64,000 nt of DNA from positions 1,078 to 65,077 of the forward strand of contig PLNN01000024.1 in the NCBI GenBank assembly GCA_003142795.1, given 5' to 3'. Numbering within the stretch: the first letter of the stretch is position 1; each line of letters begins with the position of its first letter. The notes under the pieces are model-generated. The model did not search any database. It saw only the letters and a program-made list of their open reading frames with translations, and was not told the DNA's origin. A program made the translations under genes and the position numbers. Of this stretch, positions 15,386-25,964 are shown piece after piece. The stretch comes from Candidatus Omnitrophota bacterium. Its GTDB lineage: Bacteria > Omnitrophota > Gorgyraeia > 2-01-FULL-45-10.

Positions 15386-17446
15386 ATGGGAATCCTTGAA
15401 CCAAGCGGTATCAGGAATATCATACTTCTGGGCCATTCCGGTTGCGGCAAGACCTCTTTGGCCGAGGCCATGCTTTACGCGGGCGGCGCCATACCCAAGA
15501 TGGGCAAGGTCGATGAAGGCAATACAATTTCGGATTATAACGAAGACGAGAAAGGGAAGAAGCATTCCGCAAGCTCATCCCTCATGAGCTTTGCATACAA
15601 TTCAAAGAAGATAAATATAATAGACATCCCCGGTTATACGGATTTTGTGGGAGAGATGATAGGCGGCCTGGCAGCTGCCGATGCCTGCATAGTTGTAGTC
15701 AATGCAACAGGCGGCATAGAGATAGGTACTGAGCGCGCATACAGGATGGCGATGGAAAAGGGAGTTCCCTGCATCTTCTTCATAAACATGCTCGACAAAG
15801 AGTATTCCGATTACGACAAATGCTTTGATGACATTAAGAAAAAATTCAGAAAACACTGCGTTGCCGTGGATGTTCCCGTGGGGAAAGAAGCGGCATTGAA
15901 AGATGTCGTAAATATAGTGAACCGTAAAGGGCTCGATACGCTCTCCGATGCCGATAAGGCGCACGCCAAAGGCCTTGCCGACGAACTTGCCGAAGCCGTT
16001 GCCGAGACCGACGATGCGTTACTCGAAAAATATCTTGATAAGGGAGAATTGCCGCTCGAAGACCTGAATAACGCTTTCAAAAAAGCCGTTGTGAAAGGCG
16101 ACGTAACGCCCATACTTTGCGGCTCGGCCCTGCGGAATGTGGGCATCAAAGAACTCCTGGAAATGACGGTGAATTATCTTCCGTCGCCCGCTGACAGGCC
16201 GGCGGTAGCGGCAGTCAAGCCGGACACGGGCGAAAAGGTGACTGTAGCGATAGATCCTAACGGCCCGTTCGCGGGGCTCGTTTTCAAGACCTTATCCGAC
16301 CCTTTCTTGGGTCAGATATCGCTCTTCAAGGTATATTCCGGCAAACTTCAATCTAACGGCAGTTTTTATAATGTAACTAAAGGCGTAAAAGAAAAGATCG
16401 GCGCTATATTCACTCTCATGGGCAAGACTCAGATACCGATGGATTTCGCGCTGGCCGGAGACATAGCGTGCGTCTGCAAACTGAAAGAGACACAGACCGG
16501 CGACTCGATAGCCGATGAAAAAAATCCGGTAAAGTTCGAAGATATACAATTCCCGGAACCCGCCATCTCTTTTTCGCTGAAACCTAAGACAAGAGCGGAT
16601 GAAGATAAGATATCCACCGCGATCCATAAGATAAGCGCCGAGGACCCGACTTTCAGGATGACCAGGGATGAGCAGACCAAAGAGATGATAGTCTCCGGTA
16701 TGGGCGACGTGCATATCAATACGATGATAAACAGGATGAAGATGCGCTACGGGGTCCAGGTCGAGGTCGGTACGCCAAAGGTTGCTTACAAAGAGACCAT
16801 AATGAGTAAGGGCGATGCCCAGTACAGGCATAAGAAGCAGACGGGCGGCGCCGGGCAGTTTGCGGAAGTGTGGATGCGCATAGAGCCGCTTCCGCGTGGT
16901 ACGGGTTTTGAATTTGTCAACGAAGTCGTGGGTGGGGCAATACCGAGGCCTTTTATCGTGTCATGCGAGAAAGGTGTAAGGATGGCTTTGCAGTCCGGTG
17001 GTATGGCAGGTTATCCGGTCGTCGATGTCAGGGCCATAGTATATGACGGAAAGACGCATCCGGTCGATTCCAAAGATATAGCTTTCCAGACGGCGGCGCG
17101 CCACGCGTTCAAGGAATCTATGGAGAAGGCAAAGCCGGTCCTTCTGGAGCCGATAATGGATGTCGATATTGCGGTGCCCGATGAGTTCATGGGGGACATA
17201 ACGGGAAGCCTGAATTCCAGGCGGGGCAGGGTAATGGGGATGGAGCCGGGAGACGGTGTGCAGACGATAAAAGCGAAAGTTCCGCTTGAAGAGATGTATA
17301 AATATGTGAATGAGCTGAAGTCTATTACAGGCGGCCGCGGCACGTATTCGATGAACTTTTCGCATTATGAGATAGTGCCGTCCGTCCAGGCGCAGGCTAT
17401 TATGGAAAAAGCGAAGCATAACAAGAAAGAGGAAGTGGAGGAATAA
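15386..17446 (+). CDS. elongation factor G family GTPase (EF-G paralogue)
   Basis: The G domain has GHSGCGKTSL (G1), DIPG (G3) and NMLD (G4). Domains II-V are EF-G-like. 686 aa. Confidence 0.85.
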   Translation: MGILEPSGIRNIILLGHSGCGKTSLAEAMLYAGGAIPKMGKVDEGNTISDYNEDEKGKKHSASSSLMSFAYNSKKINIIDIPGYTDFVGEMIGGLAAADACIVVVNATGGIEIGTERAYRMAMEKGVPCIFFINMLDKEYSDYDKCFDDIKKKFRKHCVAVDVPVGKEAALKDVVNIVNRKGLDTLSDADKAHAKGLADELAEAVAETDDALLEKYLDKGELPLEDLNNAFKKAVVKGDVTPILCGSALRNVGIKELLEMTVNYLPSPADRPAVAAVKPDTGEKVTVAIDPNGPFAGLVFKTLSDPFLGQISLFKVYSGKLQSNGSFYNVTKGVKEKIGAIFTLMGKTQIPMDFALAGDIACVCKLKETQTGDSIADEKNPVKFEDIQFPEPAISFSLKPKTRADEDKISTAIHKISAEDPTFRMTRDEQTKEMIVSGMGDVHINTMINRMKMRYGVQVEVGTPKVAYKETIMSKGDAQYRHKKQTGGAGQFAEVWMRIEPLPRGTGFEFVNEVVGGAIPRPFIVSCEKGVRMALQSGGMAGYPVVDVRAIVYDGKTHPVDSKDIAFQTAARHAFKESMEKAKPVLLEPIMDVDIAVPDEFMGDITGSLNSRRGRVMGMEPGDGVQTIKAKVPLEEMYKYVNELKSITGGRGTYSMNFSHYEIVPSVQAQAIMEKAKHNKKEEVEE

Positions 17447-18183
17447 TGAGCGGACATTCAAAATGGGCGACGATCAAACACAAGAAAGCTGCGACAGACG
17501 CAAAACGCGGTTCCTTGTTCACGAAACTGATAAAAGAAATAACGGTGGCGGCAAGATCAGGCGGTAAGCCCGAATCGAACCCGCGCCTGAGGGTTGCCAT
17601 CGAAAGAGGAAAAGAAGCGAGCATGCCTGCGGAAAACATCGAGCGCGCCATAAAAAAAGGGACCGGAGAGCTGGAGGGCGTAAGCTATGAAGATATAACG
17701 CTCGAAGGTTACGGCCCGGGCGGGATCGCGATCTACGTAGAAGGCGTCAGTGATAATAAGAACAGGACGACAAGCGAGGTGAGGACTATATTCACCAAAA
17801 AAGGCGGGAATATGGCAGGGGCAGGTTCCGTCGCGTGGATGTTCGAGAAGAAGGGGTATATCGTTGTAAGTAAAAAGACGATCGACGAAGATAAGTTGAT
17901 GGGCATAGTCCTTGATGCCGGCGCGGAAGACATGGTCGTGGAAGACGAGAATTACGCGATAACGACATCGCCCACAGAATTATTCAAGGTCAAGAAGGCG
18001 CTCGACGACAATTCCATAAAGACAGAGGACTCTGAGATCACGCGGATCCCGAAAACAACGGTTAAAGTGATAGGAGACGAAGCCAAAAAGGTCCTGGATC
18101 TGGTAAATTCTCTCGAAGAACACGAGGATGTCCAGCATGTCTATGCTAACTTTGACTTACCAGACGACCTGCTGAAGGAATAA
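17446..18183 (+). CDS. yebC: YebC/PmpR family DNA-binding transcriptional regulator
   Basis: MSGHSKWATIKHKKAATDAKRG is the canonical YebC N-terminus. Confidence 0.9.
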   Translation: MSGHSKWATIKHKKAATDAKRGSLFTKLIKEITVAARSGGKPESNPRLRVAIERGKEASMPAENIERAIKKGTGELEGVSYEDITLEGYGPGGIAIYVEGVSDNKNRTTSEVRTIFTKKGGNMAGAGSVAWMFEKKGYIVVSKKTIDEDKLMGIVLDAGAEDMVVEDENYAITTSPTELFKVKKALDDNSIKTEDSEITRIPKTTVKVIGDEAKKVLDLVNSLEEHEDVQHVYANFDLPDDLLKE

Positions 18184-18277
18184 TTCTGCTACGCTACTCC
18201 AATTAGACCGTGATGGAGCTTCGCAGCAATCGCTCCGAAGCTTCACTACGGTAAGACCATTGCAGCGAAGGAGGATA

Positions 18278-18760
18278 ATGCGGATACTCGGAATAGATCC
18301 GGGACTGAATACGACCGGATATGGGATAATCGAAGACGGGACGTTCAAACTGGTCGAGGCGGGTATAATCAAGACCAGGGCGAATACCCCGATCCAGGAC
18401 AGGATAAATAAGATATTCGACGAAATATCCGTTTTGATAGAAGAGCACAAGCCGGGCGTCCTGGTCCTCGAAAAGATATACTCGCACTACAAGCATCCCA
18501 CCACCGCAATACTGATGGCCCACGCCCGTGCAATGGCATGCCTGGTTTGCGGTAAATTCGACGTTAAGCTGGTGAATTATCCTTCCACCAGGATCAAGAA
18601 AGCCATAACGGGCAACGGGCACGCTTCAAAAGAGCAGGTCCAGCGCATGGTCCAGGGCATATTGAAACTGAAAGTTCCGCCGGAGCCTGTCGATGTGAGT
18701 GACGCGCTGGCAATGGCGATGAGTTATTGTTATATAGAAAATGGGCCGAGGGTAGGATGA
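18278..18760 (+). CDS. ruvC: crossover junction endodeoxyribonuclease RuvC
   Basis: MRILGIDPGLNTTGYGIIE. The ATG at about 18278 follows AGGAGG; the track ORF starts at 18260. Confidence 0.9.
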   Translation: MRILGIDPGLNTTGYGIIEDGTFKLVEAGIIKTRANTPIQDRINKIFDEISVLIEEHKPGVLVLEKIYSHYKHPTTAILMAHARAMACLVCGKFDVKLVNYPSTRIKKAITGNGHASKEQVQRMVQGILKLKVPPEPVDVSDALAMAMSYCYIENGPRVG

Positions 18761-19392
18761 TCTCGCAGATATCGGGAAAGATAAAGAAGAGGAAACAGTC
18801 GAGCGTTGTCGTAGACGTGAACGGGATATCGTATGAGGTGATGATACCGCCGTCCGTGATGCGCGGACTGGATAAGTGCGATAGCGCAGACGGCGTCGTA
18901 ACGCTCATAACATATCATTACTACCAGATGGACCCATCGAAGGCGATACCCGTCCTTGTAGGCTTCGCGAACGAGATAGAAAAGGAATTTTTCGAGCAAT
19001 TCATAACCGTTTCAGGCGTCGGGCCGAAAGCGGCGTGCAGGGCGCTGACTTTATCGATATCAGAGATAGCGGGCGCTATCGACAGAGGCGACATGGCAGT
19101 CCTGAAAAAGCTGCCGGGGATAGGCGACCAGAAGGCACGCGAGATAATAGCTAAACTCCAGGGTAAGGTCGGTAAGTTCGGCCTTCTTCAGGATAACGCC
19201 GGAGGCATCCACGCATCTGTAAAAGAAGATATAAAAGAAGAAGCCTTGAACGTGCTTTTACAGCTGCAGTATAAGAGGAACGAGGCGGGCGAAATGATCG
19301 ATAAGGCGATCAAACGCAATCCGAAATTGACAACGTGCGAAGAGATATTGAATGAAGTGTATAAAGGGTCTAGGGCCCAGATAAAGATATAA
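18757..19392 (+). CDS. ruvA: Holliday junction DNA helicase RuvA
   Basis: MISQISGKI...VDVNGISYEVMIP with a helix-hairpin-helix region. The start overlaps the ruvC stop (ATGA). Confidence 0.85.
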   Translation: MISQISGKIKKRKQSSVVVDVNGISYEVMIPPSVMRGLDKCDSADGVVTLITYHYYQMDPSKAIPVLVGFANEIEKEFFEQFITVSGVGPKAACRALTLSISEIAGAIDRGDMAVLKKLPGIGDQKAREIIAKLQGKVGKFGLLQDNAGGIHASVKEDIKEEALNVLLQLQYKRNEAGEMIDKAIKRNPKLTTCEEILNEVYKGSRAQIKI

Positions 19393-20453
19393 TGAAAAAA
19401 GATATCGAAAAAAAGAAAGTAATGCCGGCGGGACGGGAAAAGCTTATTGCGACCCAGGAGACGGACGAAGACCTGATCCTGAATATTTCGCTTCGGCCTT
19501 CGAAGCTGACCGATTTTGTCGGCCAGAAGGAACTGGTCGAGAACCTTAAGGTTTCCCTCGAGGCTGCAAAGAAACGGCGCGAGCCTATGGAGCACACACT
19601 CCTTTCAGGCCCCCCGGGTCTAGGCAAGACGTCATTGGCGCATATTATCGCTCATGAGATGGGCACAAAAATAACCGCGACGAGCGGTCCCGCTGTGCAG
19701 CGGGCCGGCGACCTGGTGGGTGTCCTGACAAACCTTGAAGAAGGCGACGTTCTGTTCATCGACGAGATCCACAGGCTTTCAAAGACCGTCGAAGAATACA
19801 TATACCCTGCAATGGAAAATTTTGAGATAGACGTGATAATGGATAAAGGCGCTTACGCCAGGACATACAAATTCAATCTAAAACGTTTTACGCTGATCGG
19901 CGCCACGACGCGCGCAGGCCTTCTCACTGCTCCCTTAAGGTCGAGGTTCGGCATATTCCATCATCTCGATTTTTATGAAATAGGCGACCTGGTAAAGATA
20001 ATAATGCGTTCGGCAAAAATACTCAATATCCCGGTCGATGATGATGCGACCGTCGAGATATCGAGGCGCTCCAGGGGATCGCCGAGAGTGGCTAACAGGC
20101 TCCTCAGGCGCGTCAGGGACTGGGCGCAGGTAAAGAAAGACGGCAAGATCACCATGGAAGCGACTGAGGAGGCATTGAAGAGCCACGGCATAGATAAGAT
20201 GGGGCTTGATAATGTGGACAGGAAGGTTATCAGCGTAATGCACGAATCTTTCGCAGGCGGGCCTGTAGGGATCGAATCGATCGCCGCGACGCTGAACGAA
20301 GAGCCGGATACGATAGTAGATATAGTGGAGCCTTTTCTGTTAAAGATAGGATTTTTAAAGAGAACCCCTCGCGGCAGAGAGCTTACAAAGTCCGCTTATG
20401 ATCACATGGGTTTTTCCCGTAACGCAAAAGAAGCTCAGAAAGAGATGTTTTGA
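19392..20453 (+). CDS. ruvB: Holliday junction DNA helicase RuvB
   Basis: LRPSKLTDFVGQ, Walker A GPPGLGKTSLA, and DEIHRL. Confidence 0.9.
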   Translation: MKKDIEKKKVMPAGREKLIATQETDEDLILNISLRPSKLTDFVGQKELVENLKVSLEAAKKRREPMEHTLLSGPPGLGKTSLAHIIAHEMGTKITATSGPAVQRAGDLVGVLTNLEEGDVLFIDEIHRLSKTVEEYIYPAMENFEIDVIMDKGAYARTYKFNLKRFTLIGATTRAGLLTAPLRSRFGIFHHLDFYEIGDLVKIIMRSAKILNIPVDDDATVEISRRSRGSPRVANRLLRRVRDWAQVKKDGKITMEATEEALKSHGIDKMGLDNVDRKVISVMHESFAGGPVGIESIAATLNEEPDTIVDIVEPFLLKIGFLKRTPRGRELTKSAYDHMGFSRNAKEAQKEMF

Positions 20454-20459
20454 AAATTA

Positions 20460-21008
20460 ATGAATATATTATTACATATATGCTGCGCTCCGTGTACCAT
20501 CTTTCCTTTAGAGGATATCAGGAAGGAAGGCCATAAGGCCGCCGGGTTTTTTTATAATCCCAATATACATCCTTATTCGGAATACATCAGGCGCAGGGAC
20601 GCCGTTGAAAAGTTTGCGATAGAGACGGCTTTAAACGTTATCGTATCCGATTATGACGTAGAAAAGTATTTTGAATTCGTCATATATAATGAGGCGCCGA
20701 AAAAAAGATGCGCTGTCTGCTGGTGGCTGCGGCTGGAGAGGGCCGCTCTTTTTGCCAAAGAGAACGGTTTTGACGCGTTCACGACAACTCTATTGGGCAG
20801 CCCTTACCAGGACAACGAGACCCTAAAAAGAATAGGCGAGGACGTGGCGGAGAAGGCAGGAATAAAATTTTACTACAAGGATTTCAGGCCCGGGTTCAGC
20901 AAGGCGCGCGAAACGGCGAAGTCAAAAGGCATGTACCTTCAGAATTATTGCGGATGTATTTTCTCGGAGATGGAAAAGCTGGAGAAGAAGGGTTCAGGGA
21001 AACGATGA
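20460..21008 (+). CDS. queH: epoxyqueuosine reductase QueH (DUF208)
   Basis: LLHICCAPC and CAVCWWLRLERAA motifs. Clustered with queA and tgt. Confidence 0.8.
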   Translation: MNILLHICCAPCTIFPLEDIRKEGHKAAGFFYNPNIHPYSEYIRRRDAVEKFAIETALNVIVSDYDVEKYFEFVIYNEAPKKRCAVCWWLRLERAALFAKENGFDAFTTTLLGSPYQDNETLKRIGEDVAEKAGIKFYYKDFRPGFSKARETAKSKGMYLQNYCGCIFSEMEKLEKKGSGKR

Positions 21009-22162
21009 AGAAAATATTTTATACAGTTTTGGCGCTCACATTACTCAGTTCTTTTGTTTTGGGCCCTCTGGTTTGGGCGGATGGTTCGGATACCGTGATG
21101 AGGGTGCTGATAATAGATGATAAGCCGTCCGTTTTTCTGGCGCTGAAAGGAAAATACAAAATATCCGAGATAAATTCGGGCAGGATTTTGATGGAGGGCC
21201 CGTACCTTGACGCCCAGATCGCCGGAACAAAAACAGGTCTTCGTATCGGAAATAAAGAGTCAAACGTCTACGGCTTCAAGGTCAAAGTATTACGCGATTC
21301 GAATATTTATGTCGATGGAAGAAGATTTAGGGGCGATATCGATATCATAAGAAAAGATAATTTGAAACTTGAGGTGATAAATTACATAGGTCTGGATGAT
21401 TATCTTTACGGAGTATTATATCATGAGGTTTCGCATCGCTGGCCCCTGGAAGTTTTAAAAGCACAGGCGATCGCGGCAAGGACGTTCGCCCTGTATCAGG
21501 CTAAACAGAATAAATCTCAACCCTACGATCTCCGGAGCGACATATATTCCCAGGTTTACGGAGGAAGAACGTCGGAGAAGTGGTCGACTACGCATGCCGT
21601 CGATGTTACAAGGGGGAGGGTATTGGCGTATAACGGGGACATCCTGCCGGCATATTATCACGCTACATGCGCCGGTTTTACCGAAGATGCCGTAAATCTC
21701 TGGAATGTGGACCTGCCGCCCCTAAAAGGCGTGAGCTGTAATTTTTGCGTGTATTCTCCGCATTATAAGTGGACCAAAAATATCGCTCTCTGGGACCTGG
21801 CGCGTAAGTTAAAAGACGCTAATTATAAAATAGATAAAATAGCGTCTGTGAATATTTTGTCAAAGAATAGGTCCGGGAGGGTGGACAAACTGGAAATAAA
21901 AGATGATACCGGGGTGGCCATAGTGCTGACCGGGAAAGATTTCAGGCAGATGATGGGCCCAAATGAGCTGCGCAGCACTAAGTTCGATTCTTCGATAAAA
22001 GGGAATAATCTGGTCCTTTCCGGTTTCGGCTGGGGACATGGCGTAGGCATGTGCCAGTGGGGGGCCTTCGAGATGGCCAAGCAGGGCAAAAAGGCGGAAG
22101 AGATCCTCCAGTATTACTATCCCGGCGCTGAGATCACAACTATCGATAAGGTGAAGCAGTAA
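21005..22162 (+). CDS. SpoIID/LytB-domain protein
   Basis: Signal peptide MKKIFYTVLALTLLSS. The C-terminal motifs AQAIAARTFALYQ and AYYHATCAG are characteristic of SpoIID/LytB. Confidence 0.75.
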   Translation: MKKIFYTVLALTLLSSFVLGPLVWADGSDTVMRVLIIDDKPSVFLALKGKYKISEINSGRILMEGPYLDAQIAGTKTGLRIGNKESNVYGFKVKVLRDSNIYVDGRRFRGDIDIIRKDNLKLEVINYIGLDDYLYGVLYHEVSHRWPLEVLKAQAIAARTFALYQAKQNKSQPYDLRSDIYSQVYGGRTSEKWSTTHAVDVTRGRVLAYNGDILPAYYHATCAGFTEDAVNLWNVDLPPLKGVSCNFCVYSPHYKWTKNIALWDLARKLKDANYKIDKIASVNILSKNRSGRVDKLEIKDDTGVAIVLTGKDFRQMMGPNELRSTKFDSSIKGNNLVLSGFGWGHGVGMCQWGAFEMAKQGKKAEEILQYYYPGAEITTIDKVKQ

Positions 22163-22336
22163 AATTTTTCGATGCCCGTGGTAGAATGTGCTGTGTCGAG
22201 TGGTTCGCAGGGACGCTCAATTTTGGACCATGCCAAAATTTTCGCTCGGAAAACTTGCGCGAACGCTGTCGCGCAAGTTTTAACGCCTGAGCTCACCACA
22301 TCGCCACATCACATTCCTGGGGATGTGAAAAATTTT
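22161..22336. repeat. MITE-like / sRNA-like repeated element, copy B
   Basis: About 90 % identical to 2144-2311. Starts on the TAA stop of the SpoIID-like gene (TAAAATTTTTCG) and ends GTGAAAAATTTT. Confidence 0.5.
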
Positions 22337-22368
22337 CATTTTGCAAAGACAAGGTCAGCTAAGAAGAT

Positions 22369-22938
22369 ATGAAGCAGAGACACATAAAAAAAGACGAGAT
22401 TTTTCGAATTTATCAAGCAACAGGCATTAATTATTTACGTTTTTTAATTCCAACTGTAATAACTATTTGCTTGTTAAGTAGTTACATTTATATAGGCCAA
22501 GGAATAAAAAAAGATTTTTTTACAACTTTTCTTATAAGTACACTTTTGCTTTTTGGATATGGCACGTATAAAACTTTGGTTTGCCCGCAACCTCTTATTT
22601 GGGGTACAAAACATGGCTTGTGGTTAAATATTGTTCCGTTTAACAAAGGTTATTTCGTTCCCTGGGTAGATCTTTATTCGGCTGAGTCTGATCAAATAGT
22701 GCATCGATATAGTAAGTATGATTTACTTGCGAAGTCTAGTCCGCCCCTAAAAATATTAGGAACAATGCAAGACGACCGTTTATTAAAGATACAGTTAGCA
22801 TTAAACAGTATGTCGGGATTGCCGATTTTCCGCAAAAATGTTATTATGTGCGACAAAGAAACTCTATGGTTTCGTGTCGCAGGAGATATTATTAATCACG
22901 TGAACGAAATTAAGAGGTATAGAGATTTAGCGAGATAG
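22369..22938 (+). CDS. hypothetical membrane protein on a very AT-rich, probably foreign segment
   Basis: 189 aa with 3 hydrophobic helices. Roughly one-third GC against about 48 % for the neighbours. Confidence 0.4.
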   Translation: MKQRHIKKDEIFRIYQATGINYLRFLIPTVITICLLSSYIYIGQGIKKDFFTTFLISTLLLFGYGTYKTLVCPQPLIWGTKHGLWLNIVPFNKGYFVPWVDLYSAESDQIVHRYSKYDLLAKSSPPLKILGTMQDDRLLKIQLALNSMSGLPIFRKNVIMCDKETLWFRVAGDIINHVNEIKRYRDLAR

Positions 22939-23338
22939 GTATATAGCAGCGCCTCGTATAAAAATATTTCTAACCTGGTTAGATTTGGCAGGTTAGTAGA
23001 CCTAATCCGAAGTTATGTGAGCACAACGAAAATTTTAGGCTGACGAATTTTAATTAAGACACGCGCGTGGCTTGACGCAGATTGTGTCTGGGGTTGATAA
23101 AAGTATCAAGATATTCATGTAGCTGTTAAATGGCCGACTGGCCATGGGGGTTGAGCCGAATAGATTTTGCGACCATATGCTCTACCACTAAACTATATAT
23201 AGAAGAGTTACCATCACAGTAAAGTATAAAAGTTTTAATTAAGTAAAGACTAAAAATTCATGAGAGCAAAATCCGGCGAAGCCCCCTGGCCTGGCGGCCA
23301 TTTATGGGAGAAGGCGAAAAATTTCAAAATGAGAGACC

Positions 23339-24364
23339 ATGAAACTATCCGAATTTGATTATAACCTACCCAAAGAACTGATCGCCCAGTATCCAGTCGA
23401 AAAGCGCGAGAAGTGCAGGCTGATGGTGCTTGACAGGAAGGCGGGCGCATCTTCTCACAAGACCTTCGAGGATATTACAGCCCATTTCAACAGCGGCGAT
23501 CTGTTGGTGCTGAATAATACTAAAGTTATCCCTGCAAGACTTTTCGGTAAGCGCCAGACGGGCGGTAAGGTCGAATTATTTTTGCTGGAGAGTAAAGGCC
23601 AGATTTGCGAAGCGCTCGTCAGGCCTTCGGGACGTCTTAAAGAAGGCGAGAGGATAACGCTTGAATCCGGAGATGAGGCAGAGATCCTGGGCTGGGGCGC
23701 TGTAGGAAGGATGGTTAAATTCAGCCGTCCTTTGAATGGAATAATGGAAACTGCCGGGCACGTTCCGCTTCCTCCTTACATAGACAGGGCCGACGAAGAA
23801 TGCGACAGGCATGATTATCAGACCGTCTATGCCGAGCGCGAGGGCGCGACGGCAAGTCCGACAGCGGGCTTGCATTTTACCAAAGAACTATTGGATAGGG
23901 TTACGGGTAAAGGGATAAGGATCGCGTATGTGACGCTGCATACGAATTACGGGACGTTTGCGCCCGTGAAGACGGACGATGTCGAGGGGCATGTGATGCA
24001 TAAGGAATATTTTGAGCTCCCGGAAGAGACAAAGAAGGCGGTCCTGGAAACGAAGAAGAGCGGCGGGAAAGTTTTTGCGGTAGGGACTACCACAACGCGC
24101 GTCCTGGAATATTGCGCCAGGTCCGATGAATATTACGGTTTAAGGATGAAGGCGCTGTGCGGTTATACCGATATGTTCATTTATCCCGGGTATAAATTCG
24201 CGGTAGTGGACCGCCTCATAACGAATTTTCACCTTCCGAAGTCGACACTGATGCTCCTGGTCAGCGCGTTTGCCGGGAAAGACCTCATATTTAAGGCCTA
24301 CGCGGAAGCAGTCAAAGACCGCTACAGGTTCTTCAGCTATGGCGATTCCATGCTGATAGTGTAA
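23339..24364 (+). CDS. queA: S-adenosylmethionine:tRNA ribosyltransferase-isomerase QueA
   Basis: MKLSEFDYNLPKELIAQYP is the canonical QueA N-terminus. 341 aa. Confidence 0.9.
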   Translation: MKLSEFDYNLPKELIAQYPVEKREKCRLMVLDRKAGASSHKTFEDITAHFNSGDLLVLNNTKVIPARLFGKRQTGGKVELFLLESKGQICEALVRPSGRLKEGERITLESGDEAEILGWGAVGRMVKFSRPLNGIMETAGHVPLPPYIDRADEECDRHDYQTVYAEREGATASPTAGLHFTKELLDRVTGKGIRIAYVTLHTNYGTFAPVKTDDVEGHVMHKEYFELPEETKKAVLETKKSGGKVFAVGTTTTRVLEYCARSDEYYGLRMKALCGYTDMFIYPGYKFAVVDRLITNFHLPKSTLMLLVSAFAGKDLIFKAYAEAVKDRYRFFSYGDSMLIV

Positions 24365-24544
24365 AATTTTTCGTTTTAAGCCGATAGGGCAGATTGACCG
24401 GCAGGGGCCCTTTCGGCTAATTTTGTGGCTCGCTGCAATTGGTATGTACAAGATTTGTATCATTCAATTGCGACGCTCGCTCACAAAATTTAACGCCTCA
24501 AGGGCACCCTGCCGGTATCTGCCCCTGACGTATCGAAAAATTTT
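24363..24544. repeat. MITE-like element, diverged copy C (perfect 11-bp terminal inverted repeat AAAATTTTTCG / CGAAAAATTTT)
   Basis: Begins on the queA TAA stop. The interior is a long imperfect palindrome. It shares its termini and the TTTAACGCCTCA segment with copies A and B. Confidence 0.4.
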
Positions 24545-24557
24545 ATTGAGAGAGTGA

Positions 24558-25673
<1,116 letters not shown>

Positions 25674-25685
25674 AGGAGAATCAAG

Positions 25686-25964
25686 ATGGGTCAGTCGATG
25701 AACATGACGTTTATATTGCAGTTTGCTTTGATAATAGTGGTATTCTATTTCCTCCTGTTCAGGCCTCAGAAAAAGGCGCAGGACGCGCACAAGAAGATGG
25801 TAGCCGGCCTTAAGAAGAATGACGAGGTCATAACATCCGGCGGCATTCACGGCACAATAATGAACATCAAGGATCATACGCTTATACTAAAATTAGACGA
25901 TAATGTAAAGGTCGAGATCCAAAAGAGCCATATCTCGACGATGAAAAGAAAAGCGGGGGAATAA
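25686..25964 (+). CDS. yajC: preprotein translocase subunit YajC
   Basis: 92 aa with one transmembrane helix, in the tgt-yajC-secDF arrangement. Confidence 0.8.
   Translation: MGQSMNMTFILQFALIIVVFYFLLFRPQKKAQDAHKKMVAGLKKNDEVITSGGIHGTIMNIKDHTLILKLDDNVKVEIQKSHISTMKRKAGE

Noticed and set aside
16292-16831. 179-aa minus-strand ORF
   Set aside because: Antisense to the EF-G paralogue, with no domain signal.
23128-23200. Possible tRNA on the minus strand (contains TAGTGGTAGAGCA, resembling a tRNA D-arm)
   Set aside because: No complementary acceptor stem, anticodon stem or T-arm (GTTCRANYC) could be built around it. At most it is a tRNA-derived fragment.
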